Origin: an uncultured archaeon
GTDB lineage: Archaea; Asgardarchaeota; Lokiarchaeia; Sigyniarchaeales; SOKP01
Direction: 5' to 3'
NCBI GenBank assembly: GCA_964447495.1
Contig: CAYUTF010000001.1
Span: 64,870-128,869 of the forward strand
DNA: 64,000 nucleotides
The notes under the pieces were generated by a model. It saw only the letters and a program-made list of their open reading frames with translations, was not told the DNA's origin and searched no databases. Of the stretch, positions 49,565 through 59,500 are shown in pieces. Within the stretch, counting starts at the first letter, position 1. Each line of letters starts with the position of its first letter. The position numbers were made by a program, and so were the translations under genes.

Positions 49565-50236
49565 ATGATTAAAGATTTCGAAAGTGAAATAAATATAGAA
49601 GATTTTAGAAAAATCTTCCTGAAATTTACTAGGGAGGCATTTCAAATGTTGCCAAAGATGGCGAATATGAAAATTCTAGATATTGGATGTGGTTCAGGAA
49701 CACCAAGCATGGAATTAATTAAATTATTTGATGGAACAGTTGTTGGAATTGATATTGATCAAGATGCTTTAAATAAGTTCAATTTAAAAATTAAAAGAGA
49801 GAGATATTCCAATAGGATATCTACTTTACATTGTTCTATTTACGAGACACATTTCCAAGATAATAGCTTTAATATTCTCTGGGAAGAAGGCGTATTACAT
49901 TTACTTAATTTAAAGAAGGCGTTAAAAGAATGTAATCGATTATTAACTGTTAATGGTTTCTTAGTTATGAATGAAACGATTAAATGGTTTGATAAAAATA
50001 ATGAGGTTTTTCTTGAATATGATTTTAAGCTCAATGAAAAGTTTTTATTACCAGAGAGATTTTGGTGGACGGATTATTATGAACCACTTGAAAAAAAGAT
50101 CAAGCAATTACGTTATAAATATAAAAATAAAATAAATTCTAATTTATTCAAGAAGTATGAAAGAGAGATTAAAATGGTAAAGAAGAACCCTACAGAATTT
50201 GATTGTGGTTTTTATATTATGAAGAAGATTAATTAG
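49565..50236 (+). CDS. Class I SAM-dependent methyltransferase
   Basis: 223 aa. Motif I ILDIGCGSGTPS and GIDIDQ. Confidence 0.8.
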   Translation: MIKDFESEINIEDFRKIFLKFTREAFQMLPKMANMKILDIGCGSGTPSMELIKLFDGTVVGIDIDQDALNKFNLKIKRERYSNRISTLHCSIYETHFQDNSFNILWEEGVLHLLNLKKALKECNRLLTVNGFLVMNETIKWFDKNNEVFLEYDFKLNEKFLLPERFWWTDYYEPLEKKIKQLRYKYKNKINSNLFKKYEREIKMVKKNPTEFDCGFYIMKKIN

Positions 50237-50248
50237 GATAAATGGAGA

Positions 50249-52753
50249 GTGAAAATGGACAAAATTAAAGTAGTCGGGGCAAGAATTCATAATCTTAAAA
50301 ATATAGATGTAAATATTCCAAAAGGAAAAATAGTCCTTATTACCGGAGTTTCAGGCTCAGGCAAATCAAGTTTAGCATTTGATATTTTATTTGATGAAGG
50401 AATGAATAGATATCTTCAATCGATTGGATTTCCCCCTAAATTTGAAGATGAGAAACCGTTTGATATTATTGAGGGATTAAGCCCAACCGTAGCAGTAGAG
50501 CAGAGAACTACACGCGTATTCAATCCCCGCTCAACAGTTGGGACTAAAACAGGTATTTACAGCCTTTTACGAATGCTTTTTGCGATGGAGGGAATTCTAA
50601 TCTGCCCTATTTGCAAAGAACCTGTGAATGAAGCCACTTTAGAATGCAATTTGTGTGGAATGATTGTTGATCGTAAACAAATTAAGCATTTCTCTTTTAA
50701 CGAGCCGTCAGGAATGTGTTTAGAATGCAAAGGGAGAGGGTATAAAATGTTTATTACTGAAGAAATGATTGTTCAAGATTATAATAGAACTCTTATAGAA
50801 ATTACGAAAGCTGGTTCGGGAGTTTTTGCCGATCAAATCCGGTTTGTAGAGCAATTACCGAATTTTTACCATTTTGATATCAACACCCCTTTTAAGGATT
50901 TACCAGAAGAGGTCAAACAAGTATATTTATATGGCAGTGGAAAGAAACTCAAATTTCAATGGGAATCAAAAACTTTTAGCGGAGAGTTAGCCCGTGTTTT
51001 TGAAGGAATTATTCCACATGTGAGAAGAGCTTTAGCAGAGAGTAAGAGCGATTACAGGAAGCATAAGATACACAAGAATTTTATGGCAAAAAAGAAATGT
51101 GAGGAATGCAATGGATATAGAATTAATGATCAAGCTCGCGAGATAAAAATTAGAGAAAAACATATAGGAGAATTAGCGATGATGCCAATTGATGACTTAA
51201 AAGATTTTTTAGAAACTCTAACGGATAAAGAGATTAAAAGTCTGCAAGGTAAATCTATATTAGAAAGTATTTTACAAGGGCTTAATCGTTTAATTCATGT
51301 GGGTTTAAAATATCTCAATTTACATCGTTCATTACCAACATTAAGTGGAGGAGAACTACAAAGACTCTCTTTAATGACGCATTTAGACGCAGGACTTGAT
51401 TCATTAATTTACATCTTAGATGAACCAAGTATGAGCTTGCATGAAAGTGAAAAAGAGTCATTGATTAACATTTTGAAACAATTGAAACAATTAGGAAATA
51501 CCGTTATAATTGTCGAACATGACAAGCGATTTATTAATATTGCTGATGAAATAATTGATATTGGTCCTGGGGCGGGGGTAAATGGCGGCCAAATTGTTTT
51601 TCAAGGAAGTGTAAATGAGATTAAAAAGATTAAGGAATCACTAACTGGGCAATTTCTTGCTAAAAATATTATTTTACCTAAAAAGTCTGATGAGGATCGC
51701 AGATTTATTAATAGTAATACAAAATTCATAACAATTGAGAACGCAAACACTAATAATCTCAAAAATGTGAAAGTAGATATACCCTTAGGTATGATGGTTG
51801 GAATAGCAGGGGTCTCTGGTTCGGGGAAAAGCTCTCTTGTATTAGATACTCTAGTTCCCCTGCTTAAACCACTTTTTAAGAGAGGAGGAAAAAAGGATAC
51901 TAAAAAGAGGAATGATAATGCATACAATGAAGAGAATGATGAGGATATTTTGGAATATTCCGGAAATGTGGAAGGCTGGGAAAATTTAGATGGAACTGTA
52001 GTGGTTAATCAAAAACCAATATCTAGGGTAAAAACATCAACACCATGTTCTTATATCGGTATTTGGGATAAAGTACGTGATTTATTTGCTAAAACGGCGG
52101 AAGCAAAAAAAAGAAACTATAAGGCTGGACATTTCTCCTATAATTCCGAAAATGGAAGATGTCCAGTATGTAAAGGAAGTGGGGAACAAGATTTACAGAT
52201 ATCATTCCTCAGCAGTTTTTCCATTCCCTGCAAAGAATGTAAAGGTTTAAGATATAAACCAGAAATATTGGAAGTAGTGTATAAAGGAAAATCAATAGCA
52301 GAAGTTCTTGATATGACTGTAAGTGAAGCACTAGAATTATTTAAAACCCAATCCAATATCTCTAATGTTCTCGAAGTATTGAATGATATAGGTATGGGAT
52401 ATATTACGCTTGGACAACCCGCTCCAACTTTAAGTGGTGGGGAAGCACAACGTATTAAGTTAGCAAAAGAATTAGGAAAAATACGTAAAGGAAATTCACT
52501 ATACATATTAGATGAACCGACTGTTGGTTTATCATTTTATGATGTAGTTAAATTAATAGAACTTTTAGAAAAATTAGTCCAAGATGGAAATAGTGTTGTC
52601 ATTATTGAACATGATCTTAAAATTCTCTCATATTGTGATTATATTATTGAATTAGGTCCCGAAGGAGGTCCTAAAGGAGGAAAAGTAATTGCTGAAGGTA
52701 CTCCTGATGAAATTAAACAAAATTTGAAATCAAAATCGGGTCCATATTTATAA
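50249..52753 (+). CDS. uvrA: UvrA-family ABC ATPase, short (class II-like) form
   Basis: 834 aa, GTG start (an ATG lies at 50255). Two ABC modules (GVSGSGKSSLAFD and GVSGSGKSSLVLD; signatures LSGGELQRL and LSGGEAQRI) and zinc modules (CPICKEP...CNLCG, CLECKGRG, CEECNGYR, CPVCKGSG, CKECKG). Confidence 0.9.
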   Translation: MKMDKIKVVGARIHNLKNIDVNIPKGKIVLITGVSGSGKSSLAFDILFDEGMNRYLQSIGFPPKFEDEKPFDIIEGLSPTVAVEQRTTRVFNPRSTVGTKTGIYSLLRMLFAMEGILICPICKEPVNEATLECNLCGMIVDRKQIKHFSFNEPSGMCLECKGRGYKMFITEEMIVQDYNRTLIEITKAGSGVFADQIRFVEQLPNFYHFDINTPFKDLPEEVKQVYLYGSGKKLKFQWESKTFSGELARVFEGIIPHVRRALAESKSDYRKHKIHKNFMAKKKCEECNGYRINDQAREIKIREKHIGELAMMPIDDLKDFLETLTDKEIKSLQGKSILESILQGLNRLIHVGLKYLNLHRSLPTLSGGELQRLSLMTHLDAGLDSLIYILDEPSMSLHESEKESLINILKQLKQLGNTVIIVEHDKRFINIADEIIDIGPGAGVNGGQIVFQGSVNEIKKIKESLTGQFLAKNIILPKKSDEDRRFINSNTKFITIENANTNNLKNVKVDIPLGMMVGIAGVSGSGKSSLVLDTLVPLLKPLFKRGGKKDTKKRNDNAYNEENDEDILEYSGNVEGWENLDGTVVVNQKPISRVKTSTPCSYIGIWDKVRDLFAKTAEAKKRNYKAGHFSYNSENGRCPVCKGSGEQDLQISFLSSFSIPCKECKGLRYKPEILEVVYKGKSIAEVLDMTVSEALELFKTQSNISNVLEVLNDIGMGYITLGQPAPTLSGGEAQRIKLAKELGKIRKGNSLYILDEPTVGLSFYDVVKLIELLEKLVQDGNSVVIIEHDLKILSYCDYIIELGPEGGPKGGKVIAEGTPDEIKQNLKSKSGPYL

Positions 52754-52836
52754 TAATTTTAATAAATAATGCTAACATTTTTGATGAATTAGTTATAGTT
52801 TGATTAAAAATTATTAAAAAATATCGCGAAAACATC

Positions 52837-53451
52837 ATGGAAGATATAAATAAGAAAGAGTTTTTACCTCAGAGTCTTGTTGCTGAATCAATAAACAATC
52901 CGAAGATTCTTAAAGAATTAGTTAATAACCTACTCGTAAAAGAGGATACAATCAGATACAATAGTCATAAAGTCCTACTTCTAGTTAGTGAAAGTAATCC
53001 TGAACTTCTCTATTCTGATTGGGATTTTTTTGTAGATCTTTTAAAAAGTAAAAATAATTTTCAAAAAGTAATTGGAATTCAAATTCTTGCCAATTTAACT
53101 AAATCAGATACCAAGAACAAATTTAATGATATCTTCGAGCTATATTGTGAATTGATTGATTCTAAAAGTGTAATGACAGCAGCGCATATAGCTTTGAATT
53201 TAGGAAAGATTGCTAAATTTAAACCAAAATTTAGAGAGAAGCTAGTAGAGGTATTATTGAATATTGATAAAACACATCACGAGTCAGGTCGAAAAGATTT
53301 AATAAAAGCATCGGTAATCGAAGCATTCATGGAATTCTATACTGAAATTAAACAAAAGGAAAAAATTTTAAATTTTGTGAAGGATCAATTAAATAGCTCA
53401 AGCCCCAAAACGAGAAAATTAGCAGAGACGTTTGTGAAAAGATTTGCCTGA
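52837..53451 (+). CDS. HEAT/ARM-like helical repeat protein
   Basis: 204-aa all-helical ORF with repeating amphipathic helix pairs. Any relation to AlkD-like DNA-binding HEAT proteins is speculative. Confidence 0.45.
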   Translation: MEDINKKEFLPQSLVAESINNPKILKELVNNLLVKEDTIRYNSHKVLLLVSESNPELLYSDWDFFVDLLKSKNNFQKVIGIQILANLTKSDTKNKFNDIFELYCELIDSKSVMTAAHIALNLGKIAKFKPKFREKLVEVLLNIDKTHHESGRKDLIKASVIEAFMEFYTEIKQKEKILNFVKDQLNSSSPKTRKLAETFVKRFA

Positions 53452-53483
53452 TTTTATTGAGTGCAATTTTAAAAATAAAATAA

Positions 53484-53948
53484 TTAGTAAAGAGGAATTT
53501 CAGGATGCTTTTTTGCTTCCTCATAAATTGGCCCTTTAGCAATAAATCCAAGAGCTATCCCACTACCCCTTCCAACTAACAATTTAGTATTAATCTTAAA
53601 ATTGAAAACTTTTAATAAAGACTCTGATAATTTAATTGATCTATTTTGGTTTATTCCTACCCAAGAAAATATTCTTTTATTTATTTGTTTTATCTCACCC
53701 TCAGTGAGCTGATAATTTAATACATCTGGGTAATTAATTAGCATTTTTTCTATAGGGGTATTTTTTAAAAGACGTTCAGAACTTAACCCAAATCCACCTG
53801 AACGCTTACTACCTGACATTAATATGCCCTTATCATCATAATTGAAAGCATATTCTAAAAATGCTTCATCGGGAATGTTTATCACTCCCTTATTACTAAC
53901 CGCTGACCATCCAAATATATATTTTCCACCTTTAACAAGTTGAGGCAT
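53484..53948 (-). CDS. Hypothetical protein with two AbrB/SpoVT-like half-domains
   Basis: 154 aa. Two segments resemble swapped-hairpin barrel motifs: SNKGVINIPDEAFLEYAFNYDDKGILM and NQNRSIKLSESLLKVFNFKINTKLLV. Confidence 0.4.
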   Translation of the reverse strand: MPQLVKGGKYIFGWSAVSNKGVINIPDEAFLEYAFNYDDKGILMSGSKRSGGFGLSSERLLKNTPIEKMLINYPDVLNYQLTEGEIKQINKRIFSWVGINQNRSIKLSESLLKVFNFKINTKLLVGRGSGIALGFIAKGPIYEEAKKHPEIPLY

Positions 53949-53964
53949 TCAATCACATTTTTTA

Positions 53965-54657
53965 TTACTTATTATGAATCGTAATATCAAATAAATCAGC
54001 ATTGATTACGTAATTACCTTTTAAATCAGTTTGATCAACTATATGCTTAACTTCATTAGGAGTATAACTTGCCATAATTGAACTTTTCCAGTAATAGCTC
54101 ATAATATTGGATATGAACGGTTTGGCTAGGTTAAAAATAATTTTAGCTCCTAAACCTATATCTCGTCTTCCATCACCTATACAAAAGACTCCCTTTTCTT
54201 TCAAAACTCTGGCAATTTCATTTAAAATTTGAATGGGCTCTTCCCAGTGATGGAGACTATCATGAGAAATAACGGCATCAAACGAATTATCTTCAAACAT
54301 ATGCATATTATTAGCATTACCATTAACAAAAGTAATATTATTTTGCACTTTTTCATTATTTATATTCTGTTTTGCCACTCTTATCATATCATTAGATATC
54401 TCTAAACCAGTTAAATGAATAGTTGGATTTTCTTTAACTAATATGATGCTAATCCAAGCTGGACCTGGCCCGATTTCTAATACTTTTGCTCTATCTTTAA
54501 GATCTAAATCATTTAGAATATATTTCGCAAAATGTTTATATTCTCTCATTCGCTTTTTAAATTGTCGGTTAAGCTCTTCCATTGACATTTCTTCATGATC
54601 GTCAATAGATTCTCCCTCTGGGATTCTAGGTGGTATTTTCTTCATAGTTATTTTCAT
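53965..54657 (-). CDS. Class I SAM-dependent methyltransferase
   Basis: 230 aa. Motif I VLEIGPGPAWISI, GLEISNDM and FDAVISHDSLHHW. Confidence 0.85.
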   Translation of the reverse strand: MKITMKKIPPRIPEGESIDDHEEMSMEELNRQFKKRMREYKHFAKYILNDLDLKDRAKVLEIGPGPAWISIILVKENPTIHLTGLEISNDMIRVAKQNINNEKVQNNITFVNGNANNMHMFEDNSFDAVISHDSLHHWEEPIQILNEIARVLKEKGVFCIGDGRRDIGLGAKIIFNLAKPFISNIMSYYWKSSIMASYTPNEVKHIVDQTDLKGNYVINADLFDITIHNK

Positions 54658-55457
54658 TTTAACTTTACCTCCGTGACGTAAAATCGCATATAATGGGATG
54701 TAAACTTAGCAATTAGACCCTTCATCAACATTATAGGAATCATCTTCCATAATTGTTGAATCATTGGTTGCATAACAAGTCCTGAAGGTAAAACGACCAT
54801 AGATTCTCTCAAACCGGGTAATACTTTATATGGCGCTTCCAGTAATTTGGCTCCTCCTTCTAAAAGGTGATTTGTAGCCACTTCGACATCAATACATGCT
54901 AGACTAATTCGATGCCAACCTGCAACGTTATGAGCTGTGTCTCGGAGACTTTTCACAATTTGATTTTCTAAGAGCCTATGCTGTGTATTTTTCAAAACAA
55001 ATCGGATACCGGAGAATTCTAATATATCTTCATGGTTATTTGAGTTGAAACCACATTGATTTATTAAAAAATCTCTATCTATTTCGATATTAATAGACTT
55101 TAGTTTGAGTTCTATAATTTTTGGTTTTTTAATTTCCGAATTTTTACGTATTTCTATTTTAAGATTTGTTGAAAGCTCAAAGGACCCAAAATCATCATAA
55201 GGACTCTCAAATATCACTTTATCTATGCAACTTATTCCACTTGGAATTTCTATATCTGAAAATTCCAATAATTCAATGGTGTATTTTCCACAGTTAATTA
55301 ATACTACAGGGATAACAATTGATTTGGATACTAAAAGCTCAAACCTAACGAAGGGTTTTAATTTTAAAAGTTCATATATTCTTTTCAAGGCAACTTCTAA
55401 GTTATTTACATTACCCACAATGCTATCCAACCTAAATGGAACTATATTATTATTCAT
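54654..55457 (-). CDS. Hypothetical protein (possibly VOC/glyoxalase-like halves)
   Basis: 267-aa ORF with a 4-nt overlap onto the downstream methyltransferase. No firm motifs. Confidence 0.45.
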   Translation of the reverse strand: MNNNIVPFRLDSIVGNVNNLEVALKRIYELLKLKPFVRFELLVSKSIVIPVVLINCGKYTIELLEFSDIEIPSGISCIDKVIFESPYDDFGSFELSTNLKIEIRKNSEIKKPKIIELKLKSINIEIDRDFLINQCGFNSNNHEDILEFSGIRFVLKNTQHRLLENQIVKSLRDTAHNVAGWHRISLACIDVEVATNHLLEGGAKLLEAPYKVLPGLRESMVVLPSGLVMQPMIQQLWKMIPIMLMKGLIAKFTSHYMRFYVTEVKLK

Positions 55458-55574
55458 AACATCACATATCTTTATAATTTTAAATCATCTTAATATCTAA
55501 ACTAAGAAAGATAAGATTCATATTTAAGGATATGGAAGTTGTCAAGAAGATATGACAACTGAGATTGTATATTA

Positions 55575-56489
55575 ATGAAGAATGAATTATATAAATTAAT
55601 GGAAAATGATTTTAACGATACTGAAGAAGACAGATCCGAAGAATTTATCCGAAATTTACTGAACTTTGGACTATCTGAAGAAGAAGCTAAGGTTTACTTC
55701 TCTCTATTAAAGCGAGGCAAGAGAGGTGAAATTGTAGGACGAATTAAAGATGAATTAGAAATCGGGCGAACTACTATATATGCAGTTATGGAACGATTAA
55801 ATCAGAAAAAGTGGGTATATTCCGAAGAGATTTCAGATTCCCCGAAAAGAATAAAATATATCGCTAACCCTCCAATGGAAATGCTAGGAAACATAATAAA
55901 AGAAAGAGAAGACAATTTAAGGAATTCAAAGGATATTAGTTTAAAAATTAGAGACAAATTGGACCTAAAATATCAAGGGGCTAAAAAACTTACAATTAAT
56001 ACCATTCATGTTGGAGGCTATAAATACTTAAAACCGCTTGTGGAAAAAGGATGGAAAATCAAATCAGAAGTAGTTGAGCATATAGAATCACTTGAATATT
56101 TGGTTCTTGATTATGAACTTAAAGGGAGCAAAGGTATACCAAAAGATAGTGGGCTAATTATCTTTTTTTATAATAAGAATATTGAAGATGACACTAAAAT
56201 CGTACAAGAGGCCGTAGAAATGTTTAAAACAAAAACCGAATATGAAATTCGAAGGGATAAAATACCTGGTTTTCAAGATGTCAAGTTAGATGATACTAAA
56301 TTCGGAGAGTATCCAGGAGCAGAAGTATATATTAAATTGAAATTTAAAAAAAGTTGGTGGAATGTTGGACATCAAGCAGTAATTCCACTTAAGAATAAAA
56401 TATTTTTAATTTTTGGTGCCCATGAAAATTTCCAAATACTAATGGATACGATTCTTAATGCTGAGAAATTCCATCATTTGATGGAATAA
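55575..56489 (+). CDS. TrmB-family transcriptional regulator
   Basis: 304 aa. N-terminal FGLSEEEAKVYFSLLKRGKRGEIVGRIKDELEIGRTTIYAVMERLNQKKWV is a TrmB-type wHTH, followed by a large C-terminal effector-like domain. Confidence 0.75.
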   Translation: MKNELYKLMENDFNDTEEDRSEEFIRNLLNFGLSEEEAKVYFSLLKRGKRGEIVGRIKDELEIGRTTIYAVMERLNQKKWVYSEEISDSPKRIKYIANPPMEMLGNIIKEREDNLRNSKDISLKIRDKLDLKYQGAKKLTINTIHVGGYKYLKPLVEKGWKIKSEVVEHIESLEYLVLDYELKGSKGIPKDSGLIIFFYNKNIEDDTKIVQEAVEMFKTKTEYEIRRDKIPGFQDVKLDDTKFGEYPGAEVYIKLKFKKSWWNVGHQAVIPLKNKIFLIFGAHENFQILMDTILNAEKFHHLME

Positions 56490-56511
56490 TTAAATAATCA
56501 ATTTGAGCGTC

Positions 56512-59500
56512 TTAATATTTTAATTCTACCCAATTTTCTAGTTCAAGATAGAGTTTTTTCAAATTGTTAATTTGATTATCATCTGCATCCCAGTAGCCTC
56601 TATTATTCGCTTGAAGCATATTTTTAATTATATCCATCATTGCAAAACGGTTATTCTCTTCTAACTTTTCTCTCAATTCTTCATTATGAATATATTGATC
56701 ATAAGCTTTGTCCCAAATCCAGTTATCTACTTTATGTGTTGTAGCAGATAAGCCAAGAAGATTCTCTACGCGTTCAGCTATTTTTTGACCACCATGATAT
56801 TTATGTTCGAGTAGACTCTTGATCCATTTAGGATTTAAAGAACGTGTAATTGCCCCTTCTCTGATACTTTCTTGTAGTGTGTTTACTTTTATCTCTTTAC
56901 TAGAAGAATCTGCAATATATATATTTGCCTCCTTTCCACTTATTTCTTTATAGGTACGCGCTAGTCCACCAGTAAATTCATAATAGTGGTCTAAATCTGT
57001 TATTGAATATTCACTAGAATCCCGAATTTGGCTCATAATTTCAATTTCATTTATATTTTGGGAAAAATTCTCTACTAATTGCTTTACTTTTTGGTTTTTC
57101 ATATAAGCAAAACTCATATTTCTAAGATAATCCTTTGCTAATTCATTCTCCTCATCCCACTTTCCAGCAGATATAATCTCTGTTAAATTTGTATTATATT
57201 TCCCGGGAGGTGGTCCAAATACACGTGCATCAGCATTCTCTAATCCTTTATTTTTCAATGTTAAAATTGATTTTTTCACATAGTTATGTTCAAGACTTTC
57301 ATCTAAATCTGCTACTAATTCAATTGCTTTATTAATTAATTCTAAATGATAAGGAAATGTATCCCGAAAGATTCCACATATAGTAATTATAACATTGATT
57401 CTAGGATGGGTCATTTCTTCTAATGGTATAACCTCTAACTCAGTAGTCCAAATAGATTTATTTTTAACAGGTTTAACTCCTAAATAATTAAAAATTTGAC
57501 CAATAGTTTCTCCTCCAGTTTTCATAGTTTCAAACGCCCATAGAACTACGCTTACTGTCTCGGGCCAGCTATTGTGACTATTCTTATATTCTTGGATTAA
57601 CTTTTCTGCGATTAGATCTCCACGTTTTAGTGCGGTAGAATTAGGGATAAGTCGGGGATCAAACCCATAGGAATTTTTCCCTGTTGGATAAATATGTGGA
57701 GAACGGATAGGATCTCCTCCTAATCCGGGTTCAATATAACCCCCTTCTAATGCATGGATAAGATTGTCTAATTCTAAAGTTTCATCGATTTTATTTGTTA
57801 AATCTTGTATCCAGAAAGTAACAAGTTCAATTAAACCATCGGCAATATCATAAAGGGTTATTAAATTTTGATTAATATCTCCTAATGGAGTTTTCAAGGA
57901 ATATAGTTCATAGTAATCTTTCAAAAAGCTTTCTAGTTTTTCCATATTTATAGATCCATTATCTATCCTAAAATAGAATAAAAAATCCTCTATATATGAA
58001 GGTTTTTCTGAAGAGTGAATTATGATATTTTTTATAAGATTCAGTTTTTGTTGAAGTGTGTATTGAATTCCTAAAGTATGTAAGCCCATAGGTATTATGC
58101 TTTCTTTGTATCGATAGAGTTTATCTTCTAATTCTGAAATAGTATTATAATCAAGATTCATGGAATTAGCTAATTCTCTAACTTCTTGGGTCAAATCATT
58201 GATTCTTGTATCTTTTTGATCGGGTAATAAATAAGAGTCTGAAGAAGGAACAATCTTCTGAAATTCCGATATTAATTCTTCTAATTTATCGAATTCATCG
58301 TATAATCCTGACTCTTGGAAGGTAGGTCCTGCATGGTTTATAATCAATGCGTTACCTCTTCTCTTTGCTATAGCAGACTCACTTGTGTTTGTTATATGGT
58401 AATAATATATATTTGGGAGTGACCCCAGTAACTTTAAATTATAATCATCAATCCAACCAGCACATTCTTTCCCAGGGAGAAATTCCTCAGTTCCATGTGT
58501 ACCCACATGGACTAATGCATCTATTTTTAAAATCTTTTCAAGATAATAATAGAAAGCCAAATATTGATGATGAGGTGGTAAATTCTTATTATGATATTCA
58601 TTACTATCACCTGCCACTTTACTTCTTGATGGCTGAACGCAGAGATATACATTGCCAAATTGAATTATAGGTAATTTAATATGCGAGTTAATCGTCATTA
58701 TATCTCCCGGTGGTTTACCCCAATATTGAATAATCTCGCTTTGTTTTTCTAAAGAAAAAGTTTTAAAGAATTGATTATAGAGTTGAAGATCTAATTTTAT
58801 CCCTTTATAATCCTTAATATCAGTATATTTTGGTAGATTTACTATACCAAAATTTATAAATAAATCCATTAAGTTGCTATCATTCGAAAAATCTTCTATA
58901 TGATATCCTTCGTCAATCATTTTTGTTATGAGTTTCTTTATGGATTCTGAAACATCCAAATATGCTGCATTTCCGATTTTATCTTCCCCTGGAGGGTAAT
59001 TATACACAATTATCGCTATTTTTTTATCCCCATTTTTTTTTAGTCTTAGTGCCAACCACTTTTTAATTCTTAGGCAATAGGCTGCTAAATTTTCTTTTAA
59101 TGGCTTTACTTCTAAAATATTAGAGTTAACTTGATCTGAAAATCCTAAATCTTCAAGCAATCCTACAGTTGTCATCTCCAATCTGCCGTCTAATTCAGGC
59201 ATAACAATTGCTATTAACTGATTAATTGGTATAATTCCTTCCTTTGATTTGGAGTATTCTTCAAAAGACATATCATACTGAATAATTGGATTAAATTGAG
59301 GTACGTCCATTTTTTTAAATAAATTTAAAGTTTTCGAACTATCTCCGCCAAAAGGTCCACCATTTAATTGAAAATACTGAAGGTTAATGATAGCACTAAC
59401 TAAATTTTTTCCGTCTTGGAAGAATAAAGTTTCATAAGCTTCCACGTTGGTTAATACATCAGAAAAAACGGGAAGAATATTAAATTCTGAAAGATTATCG

